This document shows, piece by piece, positions 1 through 9,082 of a DNA stretch of 64,000 nucleotides. Origin of the DNA: an uncultured virus (IMG/VR IMGVR_UViG_3300027608_000025) (Duplodnaviria; Heunggongvirae; Uroviricota; Caudoviricetes). Each line of letters begins with the position of its first letter. The first letter of the stretch is position 1. Both the position numbers and the translations under genes were made by a program. The stretch lies in IMG/VR virus record IMGVR_UViG_3300027608_000025; one strand, given 5' to 3'. Below the pieces are notes generated by a model, which worked only from the letters and a program-made list of their open reading frames with translations, was not told the DNA's origin and ran no database searches.

Positions 1-1372
1 AAAGTTCAATCTGAGCATCTAATTTAAACCACTTGATATATCCTTCTGGAGTTACTTTATCATTAATAGCACTATAGGCATATTTAGAACTTAAAACAAC
101 CTGATTAATAATGGCGGTCAGTGATTGTCCTTGACCGAACTGAAATGCACGAAGCTTGGGATCTATGGTCATTCCTTCTCGCTTAACTAGGCCTGTTTTT
201 TCATCTATACTATCGCCGGCACGTTTAAAAATATTTGCTCCACCTTTGAGTTGATCAAATCCAAGACTAGAAGCACCGATTTCATTTATTGGCAAATTTT
301 TCACATCTACTACTTTGCTGACTCCAGAACCGAACAATGCGATATCCCCTTCATTTTCTTCATCTAAATTAATAGTGGCTTGATTTTTCTGTACTACTGT
401 TCCGCCAGACGAATACCAATCGCTACTGGTTTTCGGAAACTGCACAACATACACATCGGTTTCGGTAATTTTTTCTTCAGTTTTTAATTTTTCTTCATTT
501 CTGTTTAGTACTGCTGTGAGGCCATCTGCACTGGTTTGCAAAACTTCTGAAACTATTCCAAGACTGTTAGCATCGCCTGCAATTTTTAAATCGTTGTATG
601 TGACGTTTATAGCATCTGAAAATGCCTGATGATTGTATGGAATGCCCTCTACTTTATAATTAGAGCCAGCTTCAGTTACTGTGAATTTCATCGACACCAG
701 TTTCAACACAAAAAACTTAGGTTTAATTGAACTTATAGCAACTCCTAACTCATCAAATCCCTGTATGTCCATTCTCAGCACATACGGACAGTTGTCCAAA
801 TAGCTGAGATATCCTGCGTTTATAGCGGCGGCCTGCATGCTCTGCAGCAACAGGCCCATGGACTGAGGTTCTACTATATCAAAACTAAATTTTATAGCAT
901 TACTGTTACCGGTTTTTTCGTTAGCTCCAATAATGCTATTCATAACAAAATTATTGATAAAATATTCTGGAGCTCCAAATAGAGTATTCACCCGTTGGTC
1001 GTCAAATCTGCCACCAGAACTAAACACAATATTTTTTAGGTCGCCAGGACTGTTTCTATATGATTGGGGATTATTAAATTGCTTTGGAGTTAAGGCCGCT
1101 AATGTCCATAGGATCGTGCTGGTAGCAAAGTCTTCCATGGGATTGCTAACCAGTGCTGGTAATTTTTTTACCGCTGCCGAAGACACTTTTTTAGGATCAA
1201 CCGCTATTTTGCTCTCACCGTCTTCGATAGGATCAGTGGCTCTAGCAACTTCTGATTCGGTGGTGCGAAAGGCCACTCCAACATTATATCCTGCAGCAGT
1301 GTCAAATGGAATTATTGGTGTGCCGTCAGGCTTTTTAAGTTCTAATATTCTACCTAGTTCTCTGAAAGCCAT
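1..1372 (-). CDS. Large putative baseplate hub/tail protein, truncated by the window start
   Basis: ATG at 1372, just after the TGA of the upstream gene, with GGAG upstream. The frame reads MAFRELGRILELKKPDG...FDIVEPQSMGLLLQSM...YKVEGIPYNH and appears open to base 1. Not in the ORF track because it has no stop in the window. Baseplate context. Confidence 0.6.
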   Translation of the reverse strand, partial: MAFRELGRILELKKPDGTPIIPFDTAAGYNVGVAFRTTESEVARATDPIEDGESKIAVDPKKVSSAAVKKLPALVSNPMEDFATSTILWTLAALTPKQFNNPQSYRNSPGDLKNIVFSSGGRFDDQRVNTLFGAPEYFINNFVMNSIIGANEKTGNSNAIKFSFDIVEPQSMGLLLQSMQAAAINAGYLSYLDNCPYVLRMDIQGFDELGVAISSIKPKFFVLKLVSMKFTVTEAGSNYKVEGIPYNHQAFSDAINVTYNDLKIAGDANSLGIVSEVLQTSADGLTAVLNRNEEKLKTEEKITETDVYVVQFPKTSSDWYSSGGTVVQKNQATINLDEENEGDIALFGSGVSKVVDVKNLPINEIGASSLGFDQLKGGANIFKRAGDSIDEKTGLVKREGMTIDPKLRAFQFGQGQSLTAIINQVVLSSKYAYSAINDKVTPEGYIKWFKLDAQIEL

Positions 1373-1373
1373 G

Positions 1374-1673
1374 TCACACTCCTAGAAACTTTGACAGGTT
1401 ACGTTGTTTGGGAAGATATATGGCCGTACCTGGTCTAAAATCATAGATAGGATCTTTTATCACTGACATATTTCTCTGTACGAAGACCCACCAAAGTTTA
1501 GGATTGCCGTAGAGGTCAAAGGCCAATAGATCCGGTCTGTGACGATATTGATTTTCAATAATGTATCTTACGTCATCCGCTTCGGCCGGCACAGGTCGGA
1601 TGTCTAATAGTTCTAGATAAAAATTATTTTGTTGAGTATTAGCCCAAGGACTCGACTTAGAATATTTTGCCAT
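1374..1673 (-). CDS. Baseplate wedge protein, gp53/LysM-like
   Basis: 99 aa with YRHRPDLLAFDLYGNPKLWWVF, the RPD..A..LYG....WW pattern of T4 gp53-like proteins. Confidence 0.75.
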   Translation of the reverse strand: MAKYSKSSPWANTQQNNFYLELLDIRPVPAEADDVRYIIENQYRHRPDLLAFDLYGNPKLWWVFVQRNMSVIKDPIYDFRPGTAIYLPKQRNLSKFLGV

Positions 1674-3031
1674 TAGATGTATCCCACTTGACCTTTTTCT
1701 CCTGCCAACTGGCCTCGACTATAATCTTGAAGACTGAATTTGCGCATTCTAGCTCTGGTATATACCGGAGATACGGTAACTGAAATTGTACTGAGTACTG
1801 GCACCCATGTAGTAGATCCAAATTCTTCACATTTCACATAATTAACATCGTCTTTGAGATCTACTGAAAAACTTTTTATAATTATCGGTGTGTTGTTAAA
1901 CACGTTAGCACCATAGCCTTTGAGAATACAGATTATTGGAGGGTTACCGGCTAACTCTCCTTGACCAAAAAACATCTTAGTGGCTGTTTTAAAAAAAGTA
2001 GTAGCAGATATCCAGTATGCTGCATCTTCTGCGGTTTCGCAACTGAACTCTCCTGAAATCTGTATGTCGTCCACTGAGCTGCTTTTGTAAGCATAATTGG
2101 TGTAGTTGTTATGCACTGTGCTAATTGAAGTATATTCTGCTTTGGTAGCCACTGTGATATTTGGTAAATATGGCCACACCACTCCTCCAGTAAGTTCTAG
2201 TCTTTCAAACATAGGACTGTCAAATATGCCCCACTCGCAGGTTATACGTACACGCCAATCATTTTTGGAACTAACGTCAAGTTTTATTGGCTCTCCATCT
2301 TTGCTGAACGCCTCCGCTCCCTTTGGCAGATTTGCAGCACGTTTACGACTAAGTATGTTGTTAAGCATACCGGCGGCTGAGCTTACCTGTCCTGCAACTT
2401 TCATTAACCCGCCAGCAAGGCTGCCGCCTGCGACTTTGTTTATGGTACCGGAGATATCTGCTGCAATGTTACTGGTCGATCCTGCTACTGATCTTAGTGA
2501 ATCCACCGCCCCGCTGAATTTACTTTTAGCAGCTTCAGCAAATCCTCCCATACCAGTGATAGCTGTGTTAGCTCCATACGCTGCTTGTTGTGTTGATCCT
2601 CGCTTGGCATTGTTAAACGCACCACCGCCAAAAGGACTAACTGTTAAGTTTCCAGTAGATCCATTATGTCCTGACCCTATTTCTCCAGACAGTTTAGAAA
2701 TTTTGTCATCTAATAGAGACTTGACCTGTGTAAAATCTCCGGGCAGTGTAACTGCATCGGCTTCTTGTGTTGTTGTTATTCTGTCTGAAACGCCTGCTAC
2801 TAGGCTAGCAAAGGGATTAACTGGAGGACCACTGGAACTATTGCTAAATCCACTAGTTGTATTAAGTGTGGAGCCAGGCAGTTGCGGTATGCCCAGCCTA
2901 GCACGTATAAAGGGATCAGTAGGGTCCGCAGCACCAAGAGATTTCCTTTGTGTTGGCGTGAGCCCTTCGTAGGGATCTCCGTTGTAAGCAGCAGCTTCTG
3001 CAGGAGTATTAGGATAGGTTTTTCTCGCCAT
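1673..3031 (-). CDS. Baseplate/tail-tube-associated protein with a low-complexity N-terminal half
   Basis: 452 aa. The C-terminal domain (VVWPYLPNI...DDIQISGEF...GNPPIIC.L.GYG...PIIIKSFS) resembles tube-initiator-like folds. Preceded by a TAAATA motif on the minus strand and an AGAGG SD. Confidence 0.5.
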   Translation of the reverse strand: MARKTYPNTPAEAAAYNGDPYEGLTPTQRKSLGAADPTDPFIRARLGIPQLPGSTLNTTSGFSNSSSGPPVNPFASLVAGVSDRITTTQEADAVTLPGDFTQVKSLLDDKISKLSGEIGSGHNGSTGNLTVSPFGGGAFNNAKRGSTQQAAYGANTAITGMGGFAEAAKSKFSGAVDSLRSVAGSTSNIAADISGTINKVAGGSLAGGLMKVAGQVSSAAGMLNNILSRKRAANLPKGAEAFSKDGEPIKLDVSSKNDWRVRITCEWGIFDSPMFERLELTGGVVWPYLPNITVATKAEYTSISTVHNNYTNYAYKSSSVDDIQISGEFSCETAEDAAYWISATTFFKTATKMFFGQGELAGNPPIICILKGYGANVFNNTPIIIKSFSVDLKDDVNYVKCEEFGSTTWVPVLSTISVTVSPVYTRARMRKFSLQDYSRGQLAGEKGQVGYI

Positions 3032-3057
3032 TTTGAACAGATTTCCTCTTTATAGAC

Positions 3058-3063
3058 TATTTA
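3058..3063 (-). promoter_or_regulatory. T4-type late promoter core (TAAATA)
   Basis: ATAAATA on the minus strand upstream of the baseplate operon. Confidence 0.6.
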
Positions 3064-3077
3064 TTATTAGAAAAATG

Positions 3078-3086
3078 TGCTATTAT
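3078..3086 (+). promoter_or_regulatory. Extended -10 promoter (TGnTATTAT) for the late sigma gene
   Basis: TGCTATTAT about 27 nt upstream of ATG 3114, followed by a GGAG SD. Confidence 0.45.
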
Positions 3087-3113
3087 ATTACTAACCACGG
3101 AGAATTATAATCA

Positions 3114-3968
3114 ATGACAGTGCCCAAGATCAAGTACTTGACCAACAAAGACCTACTCAAAGAAATACACCTCAGCAAAAACACCTATTGCAGTTATACT
3201 AAACCAGAATACGGATTCTATGATCTCATAGTGCCTAACCTAGCTAAAATCAACATAAGAACCATAGCAGAAGCCAAACGAAACTGCGCTGCAAGGCTCA
3301 GCAAACAGGCGCACGAAGCAGCGGTTATATCCGGGGGTAAAAAACTGCCTGCTAAAGAATTTGAAGTAGATTACAAAAAAATGCGCAAGGAAGATCTCAT
3401 ATTCCGCGTGATGACTTTTGAACACATACCATTGGCTCCGGGTCGCAAAAAAACACTGAAGAACACCGCAGACAGCCACGACAAAGTTAATTTTCCTCCA
3501 TTCCAACATTGGAAGTTCGATGACAAAGGCAACATCAGTTGTGTGGGCAAGAGCCATTGGAAAGGTGATCTCGAGCGTGGAGAATTCTCTAAAGATCACG
3601 GACAAATGACCAACGATCTAGCTCGCATGTTTATCAAGCTCTGTGAAAGATATGCTACTAGAGGCAATGTCCGTGGCTATACCTACAATGACGAAATGCG
3701 TGGGCAGGCCATCTTACAATTAACACAGATAGGACTTCAATTCGATGAATCCAAATCCGATAATCCTTTTGCTTATTATACCGCTGCTGTTACTAACTCA
3801 TTCGTGCGCATCATCAATATCGAAAAACGAAACCAAAACATCCGAGATGATATCCTGGAGATGAACGGCATGAACCCATCATGGACCAGACAGAACGCAG
3901 GCGGCAGTGTGCCTGGTCCTGCTATAGTCACTACCACTGTGGATAACACAGGCAGTGATTGGGATTGA
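3114..3968 (+). CDS. gp55: Late-transcription sigma factor, T4 gp55-like
   Basis: N-terminal YLTNKDLL; C-terminal RGYTYNDEM...QFDESKSDNPFAYYT....NSF.RII..EK. Lies next to gp47/gp46 as in T4-like phages. Confidence 0.8.
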   Translation: MTVPKIKYLTNKDLLKEIHLSKNTYCSYTKPEYGFYDLIVPNLAKINIRTIAEAKRNCAARLSKQAHEAAVISGGKKLPAKEFEVDYKKMRKEDLIFRVMTFEHIPLAPGRKKTLKNTADSHDKVNFPPFQHWKFDDKGNISCVGKSHWKGDLERGEFSKDHGQMTNDLARMFIKLCERYATRGNVRGYTYNDEMRGQAILQLTQIGLQFDESKSDNPFAYYTAAVTNSFVRIINIEKRNQNIRDDILEMNGMNPSWTRQNAGGSVPGPAIVTTTVDNTGSDWD

Positions 3969-3993
3969 TCTTTCATCATAAAGGCGGTATAAT
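3965..3993 (+). promoter_or_regulatory. Sigma70-type promoter TTGATC-17-TATAAT
   Basis: TTGATC 3965-3970, 17-nt spacer, TATAAT 3988-3993. The gp47 ATG follows after 6 nt. Confidence 0.7.
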
Positions 3994-3999
3994 AAGTCT

Positions 4000-5010
4000 A
4001 TGAGTCTATTTAAAAAAGTCGCTTGTTTCACGGACATACACTTTGGTCTCAAGGGTGGTTCAAGAACACACAACACTGACTGCGAACAGTTTGTGGATTG
4101 GTTCTGCGACACTGCTCAGGCCAACGGCTGTGAAACTGCTGTATTCCTCGGAGATTGGCATCACAATCGCAGCACCACTGATGTCAGTACCATGAACTAT
4201 ACTGTGAGCAATCTTGAAAGATTAAATGCTTCGTTTGAAAAGGTATTTTTTATACTAGGCAATCACGATTTGTTCTACAAAGACAAACGTGAAATCAACA
4301 GCATAGAATTCATGAGGCTGTTTCCTAATATCATTGCTATCAAAGATCCACTGACCATGGAAGATGTGACCATACTGCCTTGGCTGGTAGGTGATGAATG
4401 GCGGGACATTCCCAAGATCAAGAGCCGATACATTTTTGGTCATTTCGAATTACCTAGTTTTTACATGAATGCCATGGTGCAGATGCCAGATCACGGACAG
4501 TTGCAGCGCAGTCATTTCCAACATCAGGACTATGTGTTCTCGGGACACTTCCACAAACGTCAGCAGAACAACAACATCGTTTATATAGGTAATGCATTTC
4601 CTCACAACTATGCAGATGCTGGTGATGATGATCGTGGCATGATGATCTTAGAATGGGGCGGAAAACCCGAGTACATAACTTGGCCGGATCAACCGATATA
4701 TAGAACCTACAAGCTGAGTCAGATCATCGACACCCCGGAAAAGCTCTTGCGTCCCAAGATGCACTGTCGCGTGACCATCGATTTACCTATCACCTTTGAA
4801 GAAGCCAACTTCATCAAAGAAAAGTTCATGCCCGAATATGAGCTCAGAGAACTGATGCTGATACCTGAGAAAGTGGAGGTGGATTCAAATGCCACTCCTA
4901 TAGACATCAACTTCGAATCAGTGGATACCATAGTGATGAATCAGATCAACAGCATTGACAGCGACAGCTTTGACAAAAGCCTGCTGTTGGAGATATACAA
5001 CGACCTATGA
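4000..5010 (+). CDS. gp47: Recombination endonuclease subunit, Mre11/SbcD-like
   Basis: Metallophosphoesterase motifs DIH, GD, GNHD, GHFH. Confidence 0.92.
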   Translation: MSLFKKVACFTDIHFGLKGGSRTHNTDCEQFVDWFCDTAQANGCETAVFLGDWHHNRSTTDVSTMNYTVSNLERLNASFEKVFFILGNHDLFYKDKREINSIEFMRLFPNIIAIKDPLTMEDVTILPWLVGDEWRDIPKIKSRYIFGHFELPSFYMNAMVQMPDHGQLQRSHFQHQDYVFSGHFHKRQQNNNIVYIGNAFPHNYADAGDDDRGMMILEWGGKPEYITWPDQPIYRTYKLSQIIDTPEKLLRPKMHCRVTIDLPITFEEANFIKEKFMPEYELRELMLIPEKVEVDSNATPIDINFESVDTIVMNQINSIDSDSFDKSLLLEIYNDL

Positions 5011-6785
5011 TCAAGATTAAAAATTTAACTGTGCGTAACTTCATGAGCGTGGGCGCACAGACCCAGGCCATCGACTTTGATCGCGGACAGCTCACACTGG
5101 TCTTAGGTGAAAACTTGGACCTAGGCGGGGATGACTCGGGTGCTAGAAACGGCACAGGCAAGACCACTATCATCAATGGTCTCAGCTACGGCATCTATGG
5201 ACAGGCCTTGACCAATATCAAACGTGATAATCTAATCAATAAGATCAACGGCAAGGGCATGCTGGTCACTGTGACCTTTGATGTAGACGGTGTTGAATAT
5301 CACATCGAACGGGGTCGCAAACCCAACATACTGAAATTCAGTGTCAATGGTGAAGAACAGCAGCTCACAGATCTAGACGAATCGCAAGGCGACAGCAGAG
5401 AAACACAGAAAAGCATCGAAGAACGATTCTGCATGAGCCACGACATGTTCAAGCATCTAGTGGCCTTAAACACCTACACAGAACCGTTCTTGGCACAGAA
5501 GGCAGCAGAACAACGTGCTATCATCGAACAGTTGTTAGGTATCACACTGTTAAGTGAAAAAGCAGATGCTCTCAAGGAACAGATCAAGCTGACCAAAGAC
5601 AGTATCAGCACTGAAACTACTCGTGTAGAAACTGTTAAAGCCAGCAACGAGCGCATACAGCAGAGCATTACTGCCCTAGAGCGTAAGCAGAACATGTGGG
5701 AAGAAGCCAAGGAAAAAAATCTCGAAAATATTCTCAAGAGCATCGATCATCTAAGTCACATCGACATCGAACAAGAAGTAGCTGCACACAAGGCTCTGGC
5801 TGTTTATAATCAACTGCGCAAAGACATTAACGAAGTCACTGCTCAATTAAATCGAGCTAGGCTAGATCAGAGCAGAGAAGAAAAACTGCGTGATCGATTA
5901 GCAGCAGAAATCTCTACTCTAGAACGGCATCTCTGTCATGCCTGTGGTCAGGAGTTCCACGATGCCAAGCACGAAGAAGTCATGGCAGCTAAACGCAAGG
6001 ATCATGCCGCTGCCTGTGCGGAATATGATCTACAGACTGCGAACATCTCGGCCTATGAATCAGCACTCACAGAATTAGGAGCTCTAGGCGATTGTCCAAC
6101 GGTGCAGTATGATACCTTGGAAGAGGCATTGAATCACAAGAACACATTAACCAGTTTAGAAAAAGATCTCGAGATCAAAGCCGCAGACGAAAATCCCTAT
6201 GACGAGCAGATCATCGAGCTCAAGGCCACTGCGGTGCAGGAGATCGATTGGAACTACATGAATGAACTGGTGCGTGTCAAAGACCATCAGGAGTTTCTGT
6301 ACAAATTGCTGACAAACAAAGATTCTTTCGTGCGCAAACGCATCATTGATCAGAATCTCGCATTCCTCAATCAACGCCTTACCTATTATCTGGACAAGAT
6401 TGGCTTACCGCACACGGTGGAATTCCAAAATGATCTCACTGTGATCATCACCCAGCTGGGGCAGGATCTAGATTTTGACAATCTGAGCCGCGGAGAACGC
6501 AATAGATTAATACTTTCTCTGAGTTGGGCTTTCCGTGATGTATGGGAGAATCTCTATCACAGCATCAATCTCTTGTTCATCGACGAATTAGTAGATTCAG
6601 GCATGGATGCTTCAGGTGTAGAATCCAGTATCGCTGTGCTAAAACGCATGACTCGAGAACGTGACAAGAATGTATTCTTAATTTCGCACAGAGATGATCT
6701 AACCAGTCGTGTGAATCATGTGCTGAAAGTGATCAAAGAAAATGGATTTACAAGTTATTCCAACGATGTGGAGATCATTGAGTGA
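5007..6785 (+). CDS. gp46: Recombination ATPase subunit, Rad50/SbcC-like
   Basis: Walker A NGTGKT, coiled coil with CHAC zinc hook, signature LSRGE, Walker B LLFIDE, H-loop ISH. Confidence 0.93.
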   Translation: MIKIKNLTVRNFMSVGAQTQAIDFDRGQLTLVLGENLDLGGDDSGARNGTGKTTIINGLSYGIYGQALTNIKRDNLINKINGKGMLVTVTFDVDGVEYHIERGRKPNILKFSVNGEEQQLTDLDESQGDSRETQKSIEERFCMSHDMFKHLVALNTYTEPFLAQKAAEQRAIIEQLLGITLLSEKADALKEQIKLTKDSISTETTRVETVKASNERIQQSITALERKQNMWEEAKEKNLENILKSIDHLSHIDIEQEVAAHKALAVYNQLRKDINEVTAQLNRARLDQSREEKLRDRLAAEISTLERHLCHACGQEFHDAKHEEVMAAKRKDHAAACAEYDLQTANISAYESALTELGALGDCPTVQYDTLEEALNHKNTLTSLEKDLEIKAADENPYDEQIIELKATAVQEIDWNYMNELVRVKDHQEFLYKLLTNKDSFVRKRIIDQNLAFLNQRLTYYLDKIGLPHTVEFQNDLTVIITQLGQDLDFDNLSRGERNRLILSLSWAFRDVWENLYHSINLLFIDELVDSGMDASGVESSIAVLKRMTRERDKNVFLISHRDDLTSRVNHVLKVIKENGFTSYSNDVEIIE

Positions 6786-7012
6786 GCACAGACAGTCACG
6801 ATTCAATGATCGCTGCTTTCCAAGAATATTTTAAATGGCAGGATCGTTTTGAGTACAAGAATTCAGACGAAGCAGGCATCAAGGCACGATATTGGCTATC
6901 AGAAATACGCAATTACGCATCAACTAGGCGCATGGAAATACAGGCAAAAAGACTAGAACGCAAAAAATCCAGAAAAGGACAACTAGGCAGGCCCCCGAAA
7001 CTAACTAAATGA
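6782..7012 (+). CDS. Hypothetical small basic protein
   Basis: 76 aa, GTGA overlap with gp46, basic C-terminus. Confidence 0.6.
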   Translation: MSTDSHDSMIAAFQEYFKWQDRFEYKNSDEAGIKARYWLSEIRNYASTRRMEIQAKRLERKKSRKGQLGRPPKLTK

Positions 7013-7447
7013 GTGCAATGGACTTATCAAAATCAACCAGTAGAAGAAATACCTGAAGGCTACATTGGCTTTGTTTATATCATCACGAACCTCAAGACCG
7101 GACAGAAATACATAGGCAAGAAACTTGCTCAATTTAAGAAGACCAAACCCCCACTCAAAGGCAAACGACTTAAAAGAAGATCAGTAGTAGAAAGCGATTG
7201 GCGCGAATATTACGGTTCGTCGGATAGGTTAAACGCAGACGTCCAAGCACAGGGTCCGGAAAACTTCACAAGAGAAATACTTTATCTTTGCAAATCCAAG
7301 GCAGAAATGTCATATCTAGAGGCACGAGAACAGTTTGAACGCAGAGTTTTAGAGTCAGATGACTATTATAATGGCATTATAAACGTCAGAGTTGGCGGTT
7401 CAAACATACTTAGGCAGCGTCTTTTAGAACAATCTCAGGCAAAATAA
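7013..7447 (+). CDS. GIY-YIG family endonuclease (catalytic domain only)
   Basis: GFVY...KYIGKK, YYGSS, LEARE, YYN motifs. 144 aa with no recognisable C-terminal DNA-binding extension. Confidence 0.8.
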   Translation: MQWTYQNQPVEEIPEGYIGFVYIITNLKTGQKYIGKKLAQFKKTKPPLKGKRLKRRSVVESDWREYYGSSDRLNADVQAQGPENFTREILYLCKSKAEMSYLEAREQFERRVLESDDYYNGIINVRVGGSNILRQRLLEQSQAK

Positions 7448-7448
7448 A

Positions 7449-7902
7449 GCGGTTTTAGAGCTCGCGCAGGCTGATTTCTTGCGCCCTTATACCTGGATCA
7501 CGGATCGCAGGGACGGAATTCCATGCCGCAATGGTACTCAGCAACTATCCTTGACCGGACGTTGATCGCGAAGCGCCGCGGTTTTGCTGTTTCAAAAATT
7601 TCAAAGGCCAAAATGAGGGGAGAAAAACCCCACGTGTGTGAGTTTGTTAGCGTAGATTCACACATCGCCGTCATATAAAGACTGAGCTCGAGGTACCGGA
7701 TGACCGCCTCTGTAATGCTCTAACGCTAAGGTGTACTGTGCAACTCGCATAATGCTCTTATCTTTGCCCTGCTCTGGGCAAAGTGTGACTGAACAATCTG
7801 CATAATACTTGAATTGCTTCGCAATATCATTGTAAAAACAATTCTAAGAAGAAGAAAATGCGTTGAGCGATCAGCGAAAACGCAAACGAGCGTAAGCTCG
7901 TT
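7449..7902 (+). ncRNA. Candidate large structured RNA or structured cis element
   Basis: About ten hairpins plus long-range pairings: 7455-7461/7717-7723, 7512-7516/7668-7672, 7539-7544/7584-7589, and loop 7647-7652/7724-7729. No credible ORF. Not assigned to a known family. Confidence 0.6.
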
Positions 7903-7909
7903 ATTCAAA

Positions 7910-7915
7910 TAAATA
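7910..7915 (+). promoter_or_regulatory. Late promoter core TAAATA
   Basis: ATAAATA upstream of ORF 7964. Confidence 0.55.
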
Positions 7916-7963
7916 AACAATAGATCTGAATATTAAAATCAGCAATTATCAGGGACAGCACAT

Positions 7964-9082
7964 ATGAGAATAACAGAAATATTAACTGAATCGCAACTAG
8001 AACAGCTAGATGAAGGACCTATAGGATCAACTCTAGGTGCTGTGGGTCGAGGCATAGGCAAAGCTGTAGGCGGCGTAGCCAAAGGCGTTGGAGCTGTCGC
8101 CGGCGGAGTAGTTGGTGCTGGTAGAGCACTAAAGAAAGGATATCAAACTGGAAAAGCTATTGTAGGAGATGATCCAGATCCCAACGCAGGAGCTCCTGGA
8201 TACACTGCACCAGCATCGGGACGTGCAGCACCTGCAGCAGCCCCACAGGGCAACAACACCTTGAGCACCAGAATTGAACCCACGTTTGCACCTGCAGCGG
8301 CAGCAGCACCTGCAGCGGCACCTGCAGCGGGTGGCGCAGAGCCTCCACCGACCGCACAAGATATTAACGCTGCTGGTCCTAAAGGCACAGCGGCTGCTAA
8401 ACCTCAGACAGGGCAAGCTGCTACAGCGTTAGCGAGAACTGATGCCGTCACAGACAAACAAACTGCAACCAAAGCTGGAGAAACTGTTTATGCACAGATT
8501 AAAGCCAATATTAACAAATTAGATCAATCTGGAAAAAAACGTATTCTCAACTTGATAAACAAAAGTATCCAACAGTCACCAGCAAAACCAACAGCCAAAC
8601 CCGCAGCAGGTGCCGGAGCATTTGGACAGATGGCACAGCAGTTGGCAGGTGGCAAACCTCCAAATACTATGGCTAATGCACCAGTAAGTGCTTCAAATAC
8701 AGCGAAACCTGGCAATCCAAATGCTGCCTTCTCAGACAAACCTTTAGAAGTTCCGGGTAAACGTGCCCGAAGCACTAACCCTAAGGCAAGTGGAACATCA
8801 GCAGGACAGGGTGCGTTTGCTAATGTAGCTCAACAGTTGGCAAAACCCGCAGGCAGAGCGCAAGGTGGCGGCAAGGTGGCGGGTGCGCTGAGTCAAACGG
8901 CTAACGCAGTGAAAAAACGTGCAGCTAGGCTAGCCGGCAGGCAACCAGCCGCAGTCACTGCCAGTCTAGTGCATTACGGTAAGAGTCTAAATGAAGTTCT
9001 AGCTCAGAGATTAGAAATACACAAGCGCAGAATGTTTGAATCTTCATTGTCCAACGGCACCGCCAGCGTATTCGTAAAATGA
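7964..9082 (+). CDS. Ala/Gly/Pro-rich protein, possible internal head protein
   Basis: 372 aa, N-terminus MRITEILTE, internal repeat GAF..(M/V)AQQLA, repeated APAAA units. Confidence 0.6.
   Translation: MRITEILTESQLEQLDEGPIGSTLGAVGRGIGKAVGGVAKGVGAVAGGVVGAGRALKKGYQTGKAIVGDDPDPNAGAPGYTAPASGRAAPAAAPQGNNTLSTRIEPTFAPAAAAAPAAAPAAGGAEPPPTAQDINAAGPKGTAAAKPQTGQAATALARTDAVTDKQTATKAGETVYAQIKANINKLDQSGKKRILNLINKSIQQSPAKPTAKPAAGAGAFGQMAQQLAGGKPPNTMANAPVSASNTAKPGNPNAAFSDKPLEVPGKRARSTNPKASGTSAGQGAFANVAQQLAKPAGRAQGGGKVAGALSQTANAVKKRAARLAGRQPAAVTASLVHYGKSLNEVLAQRLEIHKRRMFESSLSNGTASVFVK

Noticed and set aside
933..2972. Plus-strand ORFs 933..1385 and 2106..2972, and the many other antisense ORFs in the track
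   Set aside because: They are shadows of well-supported genes on the opposite strand, arising from codon bias.
7449..7902. Group I intron, tmRNA, RNase P RNA or tRNA cluster
   Set aside because: The flanking genes look intact rather than split. CTCAGCAACTA only loosely resembles a group I R element and I found no matching S element. I saw no tRNA T-loop/CCA ends, tmRNA termini or RNase P GAGGAAAGTCC motif. An Rfam search is still needed.
7726..7920. 64-aa minus-strand ORF in the non-coding region
   Set aside because: It has no SD and no recognisable motif, and it overlaps the hairpin-rich region. It is probably a chance ORF.
8228..8330. GCACCTGCAGC short repeats as a CRISPR-like or regulatory array
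   Set aside because: They encode APAA low-complexity peptide in frame, with irregular short spacing.
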